63,367 nucleotides of DNA, filler included, from Octopus bimaculoides (GCF_001194135.2; 5 parts of 5 records of this genome joined end to end with filler, not necessarily neighbours in it), one strand, 5' to 3'. Shown: positions 11,162 through 25,805, counted from the first letter of the whole stretch. The notes: generated by a model not told the origin, from the sequence alone. A program made the numbers and translations.

Positions 11162-11290
11162 AGATGCAAGCGCTAATATTTATAAAACATGTGACATATT
11201 AATAAAAATATATAATGTACAACCATCCAGATATCTGAGTACCTTATTATTTTTTCCAAAATATAATTCATGTACATCACCTCCAAACCT

Positions 11291-11332
<42 letters not shown>

Positions 11333-13175
11333 AGAGAGGGGTTAGTTATTTAAGCTATGTCGTAGCCTGATGAGTTTTTCTTGTTCGTTGGTAGGTTGTT
11401 GTTGTACCTGGTGGTATTGTATTTGTATCGACGTAACTTTATGGAATAAAGATATATGAGAAATATTGAGATTGATAGATGTAGTCGATATAGTTATTTA
11501 ACTCTCGGCCAAGATTACAATTATAGACATTCAACCCGTTAATTTTTTACAGGTGCTGTCTTCCCCTAATTTGCTGCAGTCTGCTCCATCAAATTAATAT
11601 TTCCTGTTAAGATATACGAAGGGTGAGATGAGTAGTATCTGCTGTTTCAGACATGTATGTTGAGCGACTTCAGTGTACCGATGGTGAAGTATAATATCAT
11701 GCTCGGGTGTATTTGAGGGGTTGGCAGAAAAAAATTGCATGCGTACTTGTGAATGAGTGTGTGTGTATCTGCGTATGGGCGTGTATGTGTGTGTACATTA
11801 AGCCTTAAATGATAAGAGCTCTGTAATAAAAAAAAGAAACAAAAGAAAACACCACATAATGTATTGCAATGCAGTGACTTCTCACCACACTCGAACAACC
11901 TTTTAACACAAGGTGTTTTGTGCTTACGGAATTGTATTAAGTATGTTGTCTATAATTGTATGATGTTTTAAGTATGATATCTATAAAGGATACGGTCTAT
12001 AATTTTCCTCTTATAGAAACACGGATAAATTTACCAGTTTAAAAACCACATTTTTTTTAGCTAAAAGACTGCTTCTTGGTGTTTTTACTAAGTTGAAAGT
12101 ATAGTTACTAATTTGAAAGGCTTTCATCACGATACATAAATATACTTACATTTACGTAATTCATATATGTGTATGTTTGTGTATAGTTATTTAGATCACA
12201 AAGAACCTGCCTGTCTGTCTATCTGTCTGTCTGTCTGTCTATTTATCTAAATACTGACCACTACCACTAATTGTCATCAATACCAACACAACCACCAACA
12301 ACGCCAAAACCAATACAACCTACCAATTCCTTAATAACCAACAACTGCAACAAGATAAGCAACACTGTCTAAAATAAAGGACGTGCCATAAGATAATGCG
12401 TTACCCTAATGTATCTGAGAAGTTGAATGAAATCTTAACCTTAAGTCAATGAGGATTGCGTTGAAACTAAGCAACATCAACAATACAATTAATTAACAAG
12501 AACAATACGAACACCGCTACCACGTACAATACTCAACTATTACCAACATCACCAACACCAAAACCAGTACAATAACAACCACTACTCCATCACGAATAAC
12601 CAAGTGCAACAATAATCATATCAACGTGATAGCAATGACTGTAGGTATAAATGTTGTATGTCAACACGACGTGTGAGTAGAGTGTGAAGTGGCTTAAGTC
12701 ATAGTTGTAAGGTGTAAAGTGCTCATAACCTTTCAAATTACTGTAATCGTACGATACTTACTCCCACCCCAGTCCTTAAACCTTTTCCATTATCATTTCC
12801 CTTGTTACACCCATATGAATGAAACAATTGTTTTTCCCTATCATAGCAGTTCTTTCTCTTACAACATATGTGTAGTAGATGGTTTTTGATCATCTGTTGG
12901 ATATACCTACAGTTCAAGATGTCTGGCAAGAAACCAACAAGTGGGACTGATGTTTTAAAATGGGTGGATGCAAGAGAAAGTAATCAACCACATTGCCTAA
13001 ACATTTAAAGCTTGCACCTCAAAATTGTGAGCAATACATGGCAATTAAAAGAAAATTAAGTGCTCTGTAACTGGTCGGTAAATAAAACCCAAATGTTTGT
13101 ATGACGATCTGCAGAAGAGGAAAGTGAAGCTTGTAATGAAAAACCTTTTCTGGTGAGTAATATATATATATATAT

Positions 13176-13223
<48 letters not shown>

Positions 13224-13323
13224 NNNNNNNNNNNNNNNNNNNNNNNNNNNNNNNNNNNNNNNNNNNNTTAATTAATTAANNNNNNNNNNNNNNNNNNNNN
13301 NNNNNNNNNNNNNNNNNNNNNNN
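13224..13323. other. Artificial assembly spacer (44 N + TTAATTAATTAA + 44 N)
   Basis: Six-frame stop linker at 13268-13279 with symmetric N runs. Identical at three other sites. Confidence 0.95.
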
Positions 13324-13359
<36 letters not shown>

Positions 13360-13568
13360 CACACACATACATATGAACGTATGTCCCTGTTGTCTGTCTA
13401 ATTGTGTATCTGAGCGTCTTTCTGATTATATGTGTGTGTGTGTGTGTGCGTATATGTGTGTGTTCGCGCGTGTAAGTGTATGCGTGCGCGTGTGTTGATG
13501 AATTAATTTGGGATGAAATTCTGTAGTGTGTCATGCAATTCCCGTCCACTATTTCCGTCTACCTGATG

Positions 13569-13614
<46 letters not shown>

Positions 13615-15461
13615 TTCATCACCACCACCACCACCATAATGCTCATCATACAACAGGAATACATATGTTGCGTGATATACATATGGAATTCTATAGTATG
13701 CTTACAGCTTATATAATGAGGTGAATAATGGAAAATGGAAGAAACGGCATTCTCCATTTAGAATCCCTACAATTGCATCCACTCATCTTTACACCCGTTG
13801 TACATTGGTGAGATAATATAATTAACATGCTCATATAATTATTAGCAATATGTTATTATAACATTTAACAAAAGTACAACGTTTGCAGTGGTTCAAATAA
13901 AGAACTGCGTTAAATCCATTCTCTCCTATTCATCTCTTTATATATATATATATATATATATATATNNNNNNNNNNNNNNNNNNNNNNNNNNNNNNNNNNN
14001 NNNNNNNNNNNNNNNNNNNNNNNNNNNNNNNNNNNNNNNNNNNNNNNNNNNNNNNNNNNNNNNNNNNNNNNNNNNNNNNNNNNNNNNNNNNNNNNNNNNN
14101 NNNNNNNNNNNNNNNNNNNNNNNNNNNNNNNNNNNNNNNNNNNNNNNNNNNNNNNNNNNNNNNNNNNNNNNNNNNNNNNNNNNNNNNNNNNNNNNNNNNN
14201 NNNNNNNNNNNNNNNNNNNNNNNNNNNNNNNNNNNNNNNNNNNNNNNNNNNNNNNNNNNNNNNNNNNNNNNNNNNNNNNNNNNNNNNNNNNNNNNNNNNN
14301 NNNNNNNNNNNNNNNNNNNNNNNNNNNNNNNNNNNNNNNNNNNNNNNNNNNNNNNNNNNNNNNNNNNNNNNNNNATATATATATATATATATATACACAT
14401 GCATACATATCTATATGCACATATTGAATATATGTGTGCGCGTGTGTGCATGTCCTTGCGTTTGTGTTTGTCCCCAATGGTGCACTTGACAATACATATT
14501 GTTTCTTATTCCTGGCCCATTATGTAGCGACTCAACGGAAAGCACTGATAAAATCTTTTTCTTCGGGTTTTAGAAGCCAACGAGTACTGGAGTGGAATTT
14601 TTCGCTGAAATCCTTAAAGGATTATCCTGCATTGCCCAGTGACTGAAGCAAATAAATCCCCGAAGATTAATTTCATATTTATTTATGCCAAAGTCTTCGA
14701 AGCGAAATCTGATACATGAATAACGATTGACATCCTATTGACTAGAGACTACCCGTAATTGAAAACATTACCGTTTGACATTCTCAAGCTCATTTTGCGT
14801 TAGTTAACCCGAAATTTAAGATACAGAGTACACGGGTCTGTGGAATACACAACCATTTATATGCTAATTCCATGTGTATTTACTTTGGTTGAAGGTATCA
14901 TTTAATAGACATCATGCTAAACAATACACGTCTGTGATACATTCAACCACGTATACCATAATCGATTCATTATTTAATTCAGTCGGTTGGGCAATTGAAT
15001 CTAGTGGTCCTGAAATATTGCCCCTTAGCGTCTTTACAAAGTTGATTTCAGATCCTTCAATTCACATTGAGCTCATTATCCAGTGGATATTCCAAGGGAG
15101 TCTTCACATCACTTTAATCTAAACGATTTAGAAGCATATCAGATTATTCATTTATCTAAAACTACACCGCAGGACACAGAAATAGAGTTTTGTTTTATAT
15201 GGCTGAGTGTTTAGTTTTAAATTAAATTTACATATTTTATCGATCCTAGAAGAACGAATGGCGAAAACGAACGTATTCCGTGTTGAGGATTTAAAGTTGG
15301 AAATTAAAAGAAAGTGAAAGATATAGTTTAATATACGTACAATCAACTGCTCTAATGTTCTGTGAAATTATCACCTTCATACAAAGCAGGAATATTAATG
15401 ATAGAATTAGCTACAGAGAGATAGTGGAAAGAGATAAGGGGACGAGACGAACGGACCTATG

Positions 15462-15496
<35 letters not shown>

Positions 15497-16033
15497 ATAT
15501 AAGTTTTGCAAATATACCGAATGAGAGAGAGGATGCGAACTATTCCATCATTCATACAAATATATATATATATATATGTGGTAAATCCATACATATATAC
15601 ATACATACATACATATATAANNNNNNNNNNNNNNNNNNNNNNNNNNNNNNNNNNNNNNNNNNNNNNNNNNNNNNNNNNNNNNNNNNNNNNNNNNNNNNNN
15701 NNNNNNNNNNNNNNNNNNNNNNNNNNNNNNNNNNNNNNNNNNNNNNNNNNNNNNNNNNNNNNNNNNNNNNNNNNNNNNNNNNNNNNNNNNNNNNNNNNNN
15801 NNNNNNNNNNNNNNNNNNNNNNNNNNNNNNNNNNNNNNNNNNNNNNNNNNNNNNNNNNNNNNNNNNNNNNNNNNNNNNNNNNNNNNNNNNNNNNNNNNNN
15901 NNNNNNNNNNNNNNNNNNNNNNNNNNNNNNNNNNNNNNNNNNNNNNNNNNNNNNNNNNNNNNNNNNNNNNNNNNNNNNNNNNNNNNNNNNNNNNNNNNNN
16001 NNNNNNNNNNNNNNNNNNNNNNNNNNNNNNNNN

Positions 16034-16081
<48 letters not shown>

Positions 16082-16307
16082 GTGTCTGCATATATACATA
16101 TGAAGATATAAATATTCACATATATACATATACATAAATAAATATATGTATATATGCGTATATGTATATATATATGTGTGTGTATATATATATATACATG
16201 TATGTATATGTATATACGAGATATTAAGACAAAGTAAGAAAAGGAGAGAGCCTGTGAATGCGTGGAGAAAATAGAAAGAGTAAAAGACGGAAAACATGAA
16301 AGAAAGA

Positions 16308-16365
<58 letters not shown>

Positions 16366-16820
16366 GAGAGAGAGACAGACAGAGAGAAAGAGAGAGAGAG
16401 AGGTGAGTGGTTGTATTAATCATCGTGGTCAAACATCCAACTTTATATTGGTTGAATGTACATCGATAAATCTATATTTCACGACTTACGAGATATTCTG
16501 ATAAACCTCGCCTGCTCAAGGAACGGAGAGATGCAAGCAACTCCAGCAGCCATACTACAGCGATGCGCTAGCTGAGGTAAAAGAGTGAGGTGTAATGGGG
16601 TGGGTGGTGGTAAGGGATCGAAAAATATTAAGGTGGCGGTGGTGGTGGTGATGCTGGGGTTACAAAACTAGATAAATCAACACGAAGAATTATAGGAGAT
16701 AACAAAGATTACCATGCAAGGATATGAGTGATCTTTAACCTGTTTAAACAACGTGACTAGTTTCGAGGAAACCATAAAAGTCAACAGATATTTCAGATAC
16801 GTGCGGTGTTTATCACACGC

Positions 16821-16851
<31 letters not shown>

Positions 16852-17754
16852 NNNNNNNNNNNNNNNNNNNNNNNNNNNNNNNNNNNNNNNNNNNNNNNNN
16901 NNNNNNNNNNNNNNNNNNNNNNNNNNNNNNNNNNNNNNNNNNNNNNNNNNNNNNNNNNNNNNNNNNNNNNNNNNNNNNNNNNNNNNNNNNNNNNNNNNNN
17001 NNNNNNNNNNNNNNNNNNNNNNNNNNNNNNNNNNNNNNNNNNNNNNNNNNNNNNNNNNNNNNNNNNNNNNNNNNNNNNNNNNNNNNNNNNNNNNNNNNNN
17101 NNNNNNNNNNNNNNNNNNNNNNNNNNNNNNNNNNNNNNNNNNNNNNNNNNNNNNNNNNNNNNNNNNNNNNNNNNNNNNNNNNNNNNNNNNNNNNNNNNNN
17201 NNNNNNNNNNNNNNNNNNNNNNNNNNNNNNNNNNNNNNNNNNNNNNNNNNNNNNNNNNNNNNNNNNNNNNNNNNNNNNNNNNNNNNNNNNNNNNNNNNNN
17301 NNNNNNNNNNNNNNNNNNNNNNNNNNNNNNNNNNNNNNNNNNNNNNNNNNNNNNNNNNNNNNNNNNNNNNNNNNNNNNNNNNNNNNNNNNNNNNNNNNNN
17401 NNNNNNNNNNNNNNNNNNNNNNNNNNNNNNNNNNNNNNNNNNNNNNNNNNNNNNNNNNNNNNNNNNNNNNNNNNNNNNNNNNNNNNNNNNNNNNNNNNNN
17501 NNNNNNNNNNNNNNNNNNNNNNNNNNNNNNNNNNNNNNNNNNNNNNNNNNNNNNNNNNNNNNNNNNNNNNNNNNNNNNNNNNNNNNNNNNNNNNNNNNNN
17601 NNNNNNNNNNNNNNNNNNNNNNNNNNNNNNNNNNNNNNNNNNNNNNNNNNNNNNNNNNNNNNNNNNNNNNNNNNNNNNNNNNNNNNNNNNNNNNNNNNNN
17701 NNNNNNNNNNNNNNNNNNNNNNNNNNNNNNNNNNNNNNNNNNNNNNNNNNNNNN

Positions 17755-17805
<51 letters not shown>

Positions 17806-18683
17806 ACGCATCTACACGTATATCTACACATATGCATACAAATATGTATATAGCTATAAAGAGTGATTGTATACTTTCCGTGCAGGTATTAATCTTTTTT
17901 TCCTTTATCGTTCACTCCCGATTTCTTTGCTCCCACACCCAACGCATGTACACACAGTCACGCACACACCACACACACGCGCGCACACAAATGCAGACCA
18001 TAAACGCAATCACAGACATCTATCTATATGTGCGTGCGTGCGCGCGCGCGTGTGTGTGTGTGTGCATATATATGTATACATACATATACCTACACACATA
18101 CACATATCCACATATCTATATATGATATGATATAATATGAATCCATGTTAATCCATTTTCCTTGATATACGAATAATGACTAAATATTTTTTGGAGAATA
18201 TTCGTGTGACTGTACACATAAATATACGAGGGTTTCCCTACATACACCCTTGCACAATGCTTAAGATCTGCCTTAGATGTGATATCGTGGAGACCATACG
18301 CTTATAGCGTTGCTTAAATGGTTATTAATTCCACACGATAAATTCACTACCGATAATTCGAATGACCGTTATCCGTATATCATTTATATTTATAACTTTT
18401 CGGTATCTACATCTTTAGTTTACGTAGAAACCAAAGATCAGAAGTAAAAATTCGTCAAGATAGGCCACAGTGTACCGCGTGGGAGTGGAGCTGTACCCGT
18501 GTGTGTTTGTGTATATAAACGCTAACGTATAAGCATGTATATACGTATATTTATTTTTATGCATGTTCTATATAAATGAATAGATATGTAAATAAGTATA
18601 TGCACAAATATATATATGTGTGTGTATGTGTGTGTGTTTATACGTATATATATATACATGCATATATGAATATATGATATATC

Positions 18684-18758
<75 letters not shown>

Positions 18759-19599
18759 TATATATATAATATTTTTCTATTTATCAATTTATCTATCAAT
18801 ATTATATACATATATATCTATATCTATAGATGTATATATATTACACACATGCACATATATGTATATATTATATATGGTACGCATGTGTGCACACACACTT
18901 ATATACACATCCATACTCACATATATACATATATAAATATATATATATATATTTATATTGTTTTCTTGATGTTATTTGTTCACATTTTTAACTACTTTCC
19001 CTATTTAACATGCAGGCTATTACTGCATGTTTGAATATCCCAACATATTATATTTTTATTCACTAACTGTTGGTTGTAATATGCTCAATCTTATATTGAT
19101 ATGCGGAAAGCGCAGCTATGGTAATTTAAATCTGTTATTGAATTACCAAGTGTCTTGTCTAAATTTTGTTTTCGTATGTTGTGTTCACCATGGGATAGGT
19201 TTAGATTTAAAATGAGATTGTAAGTCCACAACGATGTTTTCCTCGATTTTGTTTGATTCGTGTATTTGTTTGTTTTAGGCTGTGGCAAGAAATATTTACG
19301 CAAATGCTATTTTACATTTAAATTACGCGTCTGGTTTGTATACACCATATATTTATGCATAAATCTCGTGCCTTGGTTGCAGAAACCGTATGTTAATGCA
19401 ATGAATTTCTGAGGAATGTCATGGTTTGCGTATACGGTAGAACCGTCTGAAGAAGTAGTTGTGTCATGCATAGTCATTTTCAGATTTTGCTTAAATATTA
19501 ATTCGAATAATGCTTAGCGGTTTCAAAATCAACTACATATTATTTAGTGGTTACCACCTCTTGAAAAACGAAGGTCATCCCCTTTTAAATATTTACATT

Positions 19600-21860
19600 C
19601 AGAGACGTTGCACGAGTAATCTTGTACAAATGTCTCACGAGTTCAGCTTCTCAGGTGCATAATTTCGTACAAATATGGCAACTTTGTGCTGAATTTTCCC
19701 CTAGGTCTGCAGGAGAATTTCGTACACAATTATGTGCCGCCTCAGACACCTAGTAGGTTTGCAGACTTTATTACAAGTTGGACATTTCTTTTTGTTGAGG
19801 ACTTAGAGAAATTATGCCTCTATATACATTTTGATTCTGTCCCTTATCACGTGACGCTTAATTACGGATTAATCCAGTTTTGATAAGAGTTAGTAGTTAC
19901 GGGAAACTCACATGAATCTTCCATCGAAATCAATGCAGCTTTTCTTGCTTTCGAGTAGCTAACTTTCCTTTTGAATATTGTAATCTGTTCTGTTCAAATG
20001 CTTCAAATTCATTCATGATTCTACCACGCTTATCTACTCGATTCAAGGTAAACATTTCCCGAATTAAATAACCCCTACTCAAAAGTTGCTTTATTGCTTT
20101 TCCGATTTTATGCTGTGGGATCTTAACGTTAATTTTTCATAAAGCAATTGCTTAGAGATATTTGTGTCATCCATTCAAATTAAATGAATCATTTAACGCA
20201 TTTGATTAAAAGTAATGATGATTTTCAATGCTGGCCATATTTACGTTTGCAAGAAGTATTATGTCAGTCGATTTTGCCTAGCATTTTATCCTTTAAACAA
20301 TTTGGTCGAGTCTTTGGAGTGAGATTGTGTGATGGCAACATATGGTCCCCGTTTCTTCGATATATAGGAGTCACCTATTCTAAAGCTAGATTGCCTCTCG
20401 GGTATGATATCTTTTGTTATCTAGTTTAAAGTGCGATAACAAAAAATCTAAGAAACAATTTCCAATTCATTCGATGGTAATCGCCACAAACGGATATACT
20501 ACCTCTGTCTTTGTACAAAGGGAAGTTAAACTGTATCAACCCAGTCCCTCAGCTTATCACTGGCTTGCTATAGATGCATTGTATGAATAGAAATTTCAGC
20601 TGAGATGACATTACTCTCATGTCTAACGAGTTCTACAAGGATAACATCAAGGCCCGGAACTTTACCTGTGTTTACACTATTAATGGCATATTTTATTTCC
20701 CTTCAGTTCGGCGTCACAATCATTTCATTTACAGGGTCTGCCTATGGGAGAACATTTATGATTACATTTTTCACAGTCGATTCATTTTGAAAATGTTCAG
20801 TGAAGTGTTCAAATCATCTTGTTTTTGTTGAACCAGGATCTTTACAGAATTCGTTTCTATTCCTAGATTTACAAACGCAACTTTTGAGGTTTGAGGACGG
20901 AAAGCTTGCTTCATTTAGCTATACAATCGCATTGAATTCTATCTATCATTTACGTTTTCCGTTTCTTTTGAGATATCTGACCACCAACAGCTTTTCATTT
21001 GTCGAAGAGCCAGTTGAAGATACAATCTGTTGCTTTTAAGAGAGATTACGTCTGAATTATGTTCAATTCCACTAGTGTTTATAGCTTGTAAGTGAAAAGA
21101 ATGCTTTGCTTTTGGACTTTTATGCTCTGATCGTTGTCATCAAACTAGTTGCTATGCATACGATTGATAAAACCATAATTCTCAGCACGAATGGTATATA
21201 ATGTTTCTTTGAAATTGTCCCATGCACCATCAAAATTAGTTTCAACATATATTTCCGTTAGTAACGCTTAATAATTACCTTCCCTTAGCATTTGGATATT
21301 TATGCATTTTCCTATTTTCACTCCTTTCATACTTCCGTTTTCTCCAACGTGAATTTTCACTTCTGTATGCACTCATTTATGTCATTACCACACAATGAGC
21401 TTTGTTGGCCATCTATTGGACACATATTTACAAAGTCAGTCTTCCACATGATTGCACAATCAAAATGCGTTCATCATATGACCAAGCGGGAATCAATACC
21501 ACGTTATGAATGTAGGATGTCATTGTCCAATATCGTTATCAACTGTGCCTTCATTTAAACGAGACAACTTCGTTTCTCTTTTACATGTTTCGGCTTTTTT
21601 GCGCTATGATTCATCTATTATATCAGCTCGTACCACTTCGGGCATAACGATTCTGGCACTCGTAAACATCTTAGGCTTGGATTTTGTTTTATGAGGTGGA
21701 AGAGTGTAAACAAATCCCCTGGCTGTCATCTTTTCCAGATAATCCTTTTGCCTTACCAATAGATGTACCTCATTATTTCCAGCAAATTGCTTTCACTGGC
21801 AAAAGTTTCACCACATCATAGGCGGATCTAGACAGAAAATGTGACATATCATTTTCACCT
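19600..21860 (-). mobile_element. Fossil RTE (BovB-like) LINE: APE endonuclease, RT N-terminus, internal deletion, C-terminus with C2H2-like fingers
   Basis: Minus-strand patches: ETFASESNLLEIMRYIYW*GK (about 21810-21750), GKVPGLDVILVEL...DWVD..LPLYKDRGSISVCGDY (about 20670-20480), IIPERQSSFRIG (about 20410), MDDTNISKQLLYEKL (about 20180), FEQNRLQYSK (about 20000), CPTCNKVCKPTRCLRRHIIVY (about 19785-19722). Confidence 0.75.
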
Positions 21861-22820
21861 TCGTTAAATGCCACGAACACTGTAGTACTAATGAATTTTG
21901 CAGTTGCTTCTGGAGCGCAATCCTTGTCCACAGCTTCATCAACAATATTGATAAATGAAATAGCAGTCAAATCTCTGTATCACAGATATGAAAGTATTGT
22001 TATGGAGCATTTGAACAACATAAATAAATATTAAAAATAACATTAGGACCGTGGAGGACGTGTGTAAGATTAACAAAATATTTCGATGTGATTTTCTCTA
22101 CACAGATCGATAGCATAGTACTAAATCTGGAAGTGTGACTCCGAATGATCATGATCGGTACACCGTTAAGTTTCAAAGATGTTTTGTGAGGAATAACTTC
22201 TTACTCTCACCACTCACAAAACAAGTCCAGCCCTGTAGAACATATGTTTTTTTTTTTTAAATTTTGCGAACAAGGATGTATATTGTGGTATGTTGCTAGC
22301 TTCATCTGCTCCAGTGAAGGGAAATGTCTACTCAAGTTTAGTAAGCGGTTTTAGGATATCATTATTATCACGCTCACACGCATCAAATTCAGCCCAGCAG
22401 AATTCAACTAAACTTGGAAAGATGCATGAGGTAACGACTTTTCAGCTTTCTTCATGATTTCTGTGACAAAACAACACAAATTTTAGTGCAAATAATATCC
22501 GATCCAGGGTACAAGAGTGCACACAATGGTACACACACTTTATATATACTCATACACACACAGGTGCACGGACGCATGCACGCACACATATATATGTAAT
22601 TTTATCGTTTAGTTTGCATCAATTGCCATTTAATCTCAATACAAAAAGGATTTATGATTTGTAATGATTATTTTTTTTTTCGCCCCCGCTTTAGATCGTT
22701 GCGCCTAAGATTCATTTCACTTAAAGCATGTTCTTGAAATATTACGAATTACCCAAGGTCATATATGTTTAACTATCTGTCTGATAAAGCGTGCATCTCT
22801 CTAGAGTGTGAATACCTGTA

Positions 22821-22885
22821 ATGTGTGTATGTATGTATGTATGTATGTATGTATGTATGTATGTATGCATGTATGTATGTATGAT
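22821..22885 (+). repeat. (TATG)n microsatellite
   Basis: Direct reading. Confidence 0.95.
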
Positions 22886-24469
22886 TGTATGTATATCGTC
22901 GCTTTTGTTGCCTCCTAAACATGCAGGTTGTAGGTTGAACGACAATGCTTACTCACAAGCACATATTCAACACATACAACTTATACACCAAGCTGCATAT
23001 ATCCCACCATACACTGACATATCTTATAGGACCCTATGAGAAATCTGGAGGTAATGCATTTTCTCCACAGTCGATGCTCATCACAAACACTAGTAGAACA
23101 ACGTTAGATATGTGTTATGTTTGACTTGATCAGACCACGCTAGCTGCTTTTCTATAGCGCTGTTTGTGGTGTGCTTTCCTGCATAGTATTTAGAACAACG
23201 GGGCTACCTCAGATATTTCAATGAGTATACCACATAGTATATATTGGGTGTGGGAGATTGCGCTGCTCTTAGATCAAATGTTATTACCCGGCTGTAGCAT
23301 GATTGACCAACCCTGTTCTATTCCAGCTTTTACCACCCAATCTTTTGCTCTTCTCACACGTACTGTATCGATAACCATATTATCTAACGTGTCCGTTTGT
23401 TTTTCTTTAAGACCATGAGGAGATATATTGGATATTTAGATGCTATTTTAAGCATGCTGCTTAACAATGCAAATGCTTCATTGCTTTGTTGTATATGTGG
23501 ACCTTAATAGGCCTATTAACGTTACGTTTATTTCAGCAATCAAGTGCTATTACTTTCTTAATAGGTTGGGATATATGCAACCGCTGGTTTTCATTGTAGT
23601 TCGTTTTTAATATAACTTTCAAGATTAATGTTTCTATCGAGTTTTTCTTTTTTTTAAATTTCCCTTTACGATAGATGTATTATCAACAAATGTTTTCTTT
23701 TCAATATAGTTTTGTTTTCTAACGGCACTTTTATGTAAGCGTAGGCTTATTATAATAGTACAAATGTACTTGTGTGACCTATATAACACCTATATATGTT
23801 CAGTTTTGCGTGAAAATATATAAACGATATTTTTACCACAAGATTCTACAGCAGCTTCTATACTTCGAGCTTAATCACGATAAACAATTCTTTCTATATT
23901 CGGAGCAATATACTTTGTAGCTTCTGCATTATCGTAATTTACCGAACGCTCTATTATCCGTTATAAGTTTTGGCACCTACACAGCGGCATTGATTCAGAT
24001 ATGTTTGGCATTTCGCTCAGTGCCTGCTAAATCTGGCTAAATTGGACATCGATTTTTGTATACGCAATAGAAAATCCTCAGGCTGATGAAGAAGGATTTC
24101 CCCACAAAGATTGCACAGTAAATTTCCAAAGTTTCATTTAGGGGTCACCCCATTGAAAGAAAAGTAATGTTTATAAGATATTTCTTCGAAGAAAGACATA
24201 AGGAAAAGAAATTGAAAAGAACGATGGAATAGTCCCGAGTTCTTTTGTGTTCTTTCTCTTTTTTTTTTTGACTACTTGGCACATGAATTGATCAATATTC
24301 AAACTCTTGATCGATAACTTGCTGCAACACATAGTGTATGAACCAGGTACCGAATACTGCATATCAGAGTTTATTTCCCCATTGAATTGCAGCAACTGTG
24401 AAGAAAAATACTTAATAAGACACATATCACTAACGTCAATATAACAAGAGGTATACAATTTTATTCTTT

Positions 24470-24775
24470 TAGTTTGTTATTTGTTCAGGTATTTGACTGT
24501 TGCTGTGCTAGACCACCGGCAGGACTTATTGTTTGTAAGCCTAGTACTTATTTCCGAACCGCTAAGCTACGTGGACGTAAACACAGTAACGTCGGTTGTC
24601 AAGCGATGGTGGTGGTTGGGGGACAAACACAGATAAAGACATATAAATATATACGACGGGCTTTTTTCAGTTACCGTCTACCAAACTCACTCAGAAGGCC
24701 TTGGTCCTCCTGAGAGTATTGTAGAAGGAAATAAACCAAAGTGCCGCGGAGAGGGACCGAACCCGGAACCATTAG
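24470..24775 (-). mobile_element. Family B tRNA-derived SINE
   Basis: Reverse complement: tggttccgggttcggtccc...ggcact...gtagacggtaactgaaaaaagcccgtcgtata...ttgacaaccgacgtt...agtactaggcttacaaac. Confidence 0.8.
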
Positions 24776-24913
24776 TATAATCAAGTTTCTTTACATAAAA
24801 GATTACGTTATTACTCATTTGGATTGAATCGTATCACAGCCGCAATTACAGTCTTTCTCGTTTTAGTGTTTTTTTAAATGCATGTTTATGTCAAGTCAGG
24901 TGCATGCACCCGC

Positions 24914-25067
24914 CTGGGGTAAGTAGCTTGGTTACCAACTACATGGTTCCAGAATCAGTCCCACTTCGTGAGAACTTGGGCAAGTGGATTCTACGATAGC
25001 ATCGGGCCAACCAAACTTTGTTGCTGAATTTGGTAGACGGAAACTGAAAGAAGCCCCTCGCGTATAC

Positions 25068-25101
<34 letters not shown>

Positions 25102-25290
25102 CTGTGTGTCTTTGTCCCTGTGTTTGTTCCCCCACCATGGTTTGACAACCGATGCTGGTGTATTTATGTCCCTGAATAAGTAGACAGAATAACTACTAGC
25201 TTTACAGAGAATATGTCCTGGGTCGATTTCTTCGACTATTGGTGGTGCTCCAGCATGGCGGCAGTAAAATTACTGAAACATATAAAAGGG
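24914..25290 (+). mobile_element. Family B tRNA-derived SINE, near full length with internal (TA)n
   Basis: ggtaagtagcttggttaccaactacatggttccagaatcagtccc...cttgggcaagt...ggtagacggaaactgaaagaagccc...ggtgctccagcatggcggcagt...gtaaaa. Confidence 0.85.
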
Positions 25291-25741
25291 TAAAATAGGA
25301 AAAGTGTAAGCCGTCTTAATATTTAATTAATCAATGAACTGAAATTGAAGAAGTAATTGGTTTTTATCACTATTTAAAATGGACGTGACCACAAAACCTG
25401 CTAATATATTATTACCTACTTGGTATTCGGCGAATCGAGTTAAAGGATGTTTGACTCCACGCAAGTGTAAACTGCTGCGTGATTGAAATAGTCATACTCT
25501 TTATAATACGTTTCGAAGCAAAGGGCATAAAATAATCTCTTGTCACCAAATGTTGCCCCATTCGTAATTAGAATGCGTATGCTAATTGCTAATAAAGTCC
25601 GCCTATGGCTGATTTTGAGGTAATTAGATCAATAATTAAAATTGATAGGTTTTCAGAGACTTACTCTTAGATAACGAATCATCAATGCCTATTGGTGGAT
25701 GACAATCAAAAAATGCTATGAAAATGGCCGTTATATAATAG

Positions 25742-25802
25742 TTGTAGGTGTGGCTGTGAGGTAAGCAGCTTGCATCGCAACCACATGGTTCCGGGTTCAG
25801 TC

Positions 25803-25805
<3 letters not shown>
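25742..25805 (+). mobile_element. Family B SINE head with internal deletion
   Basis: gtaggtgtggctgtgaggtaagcagcttgc...ccacatggttccgggttcagtc joins directly to gtatatat. Confidence 0.7.

Noticed and set aside
13888-18125. Long ORF calls of 160-440 aa here and at 30.2-30.8, 32.9-35.1, 37.0-38.2, 42.7-43.7 and 44.9-45.7 kb
   Set aside because: They run through N gaps and (TA)n/(CA)n tracts, so length reflects missing stops rather than coding.
21773-21970. 65-aa minus-strand ORF that looks globular (MTAISFINIVDEAV...)
   Set aside because: Its 3' part overlaps the RTE endonuclease remnant in another frame, and there is no homology or splice support.
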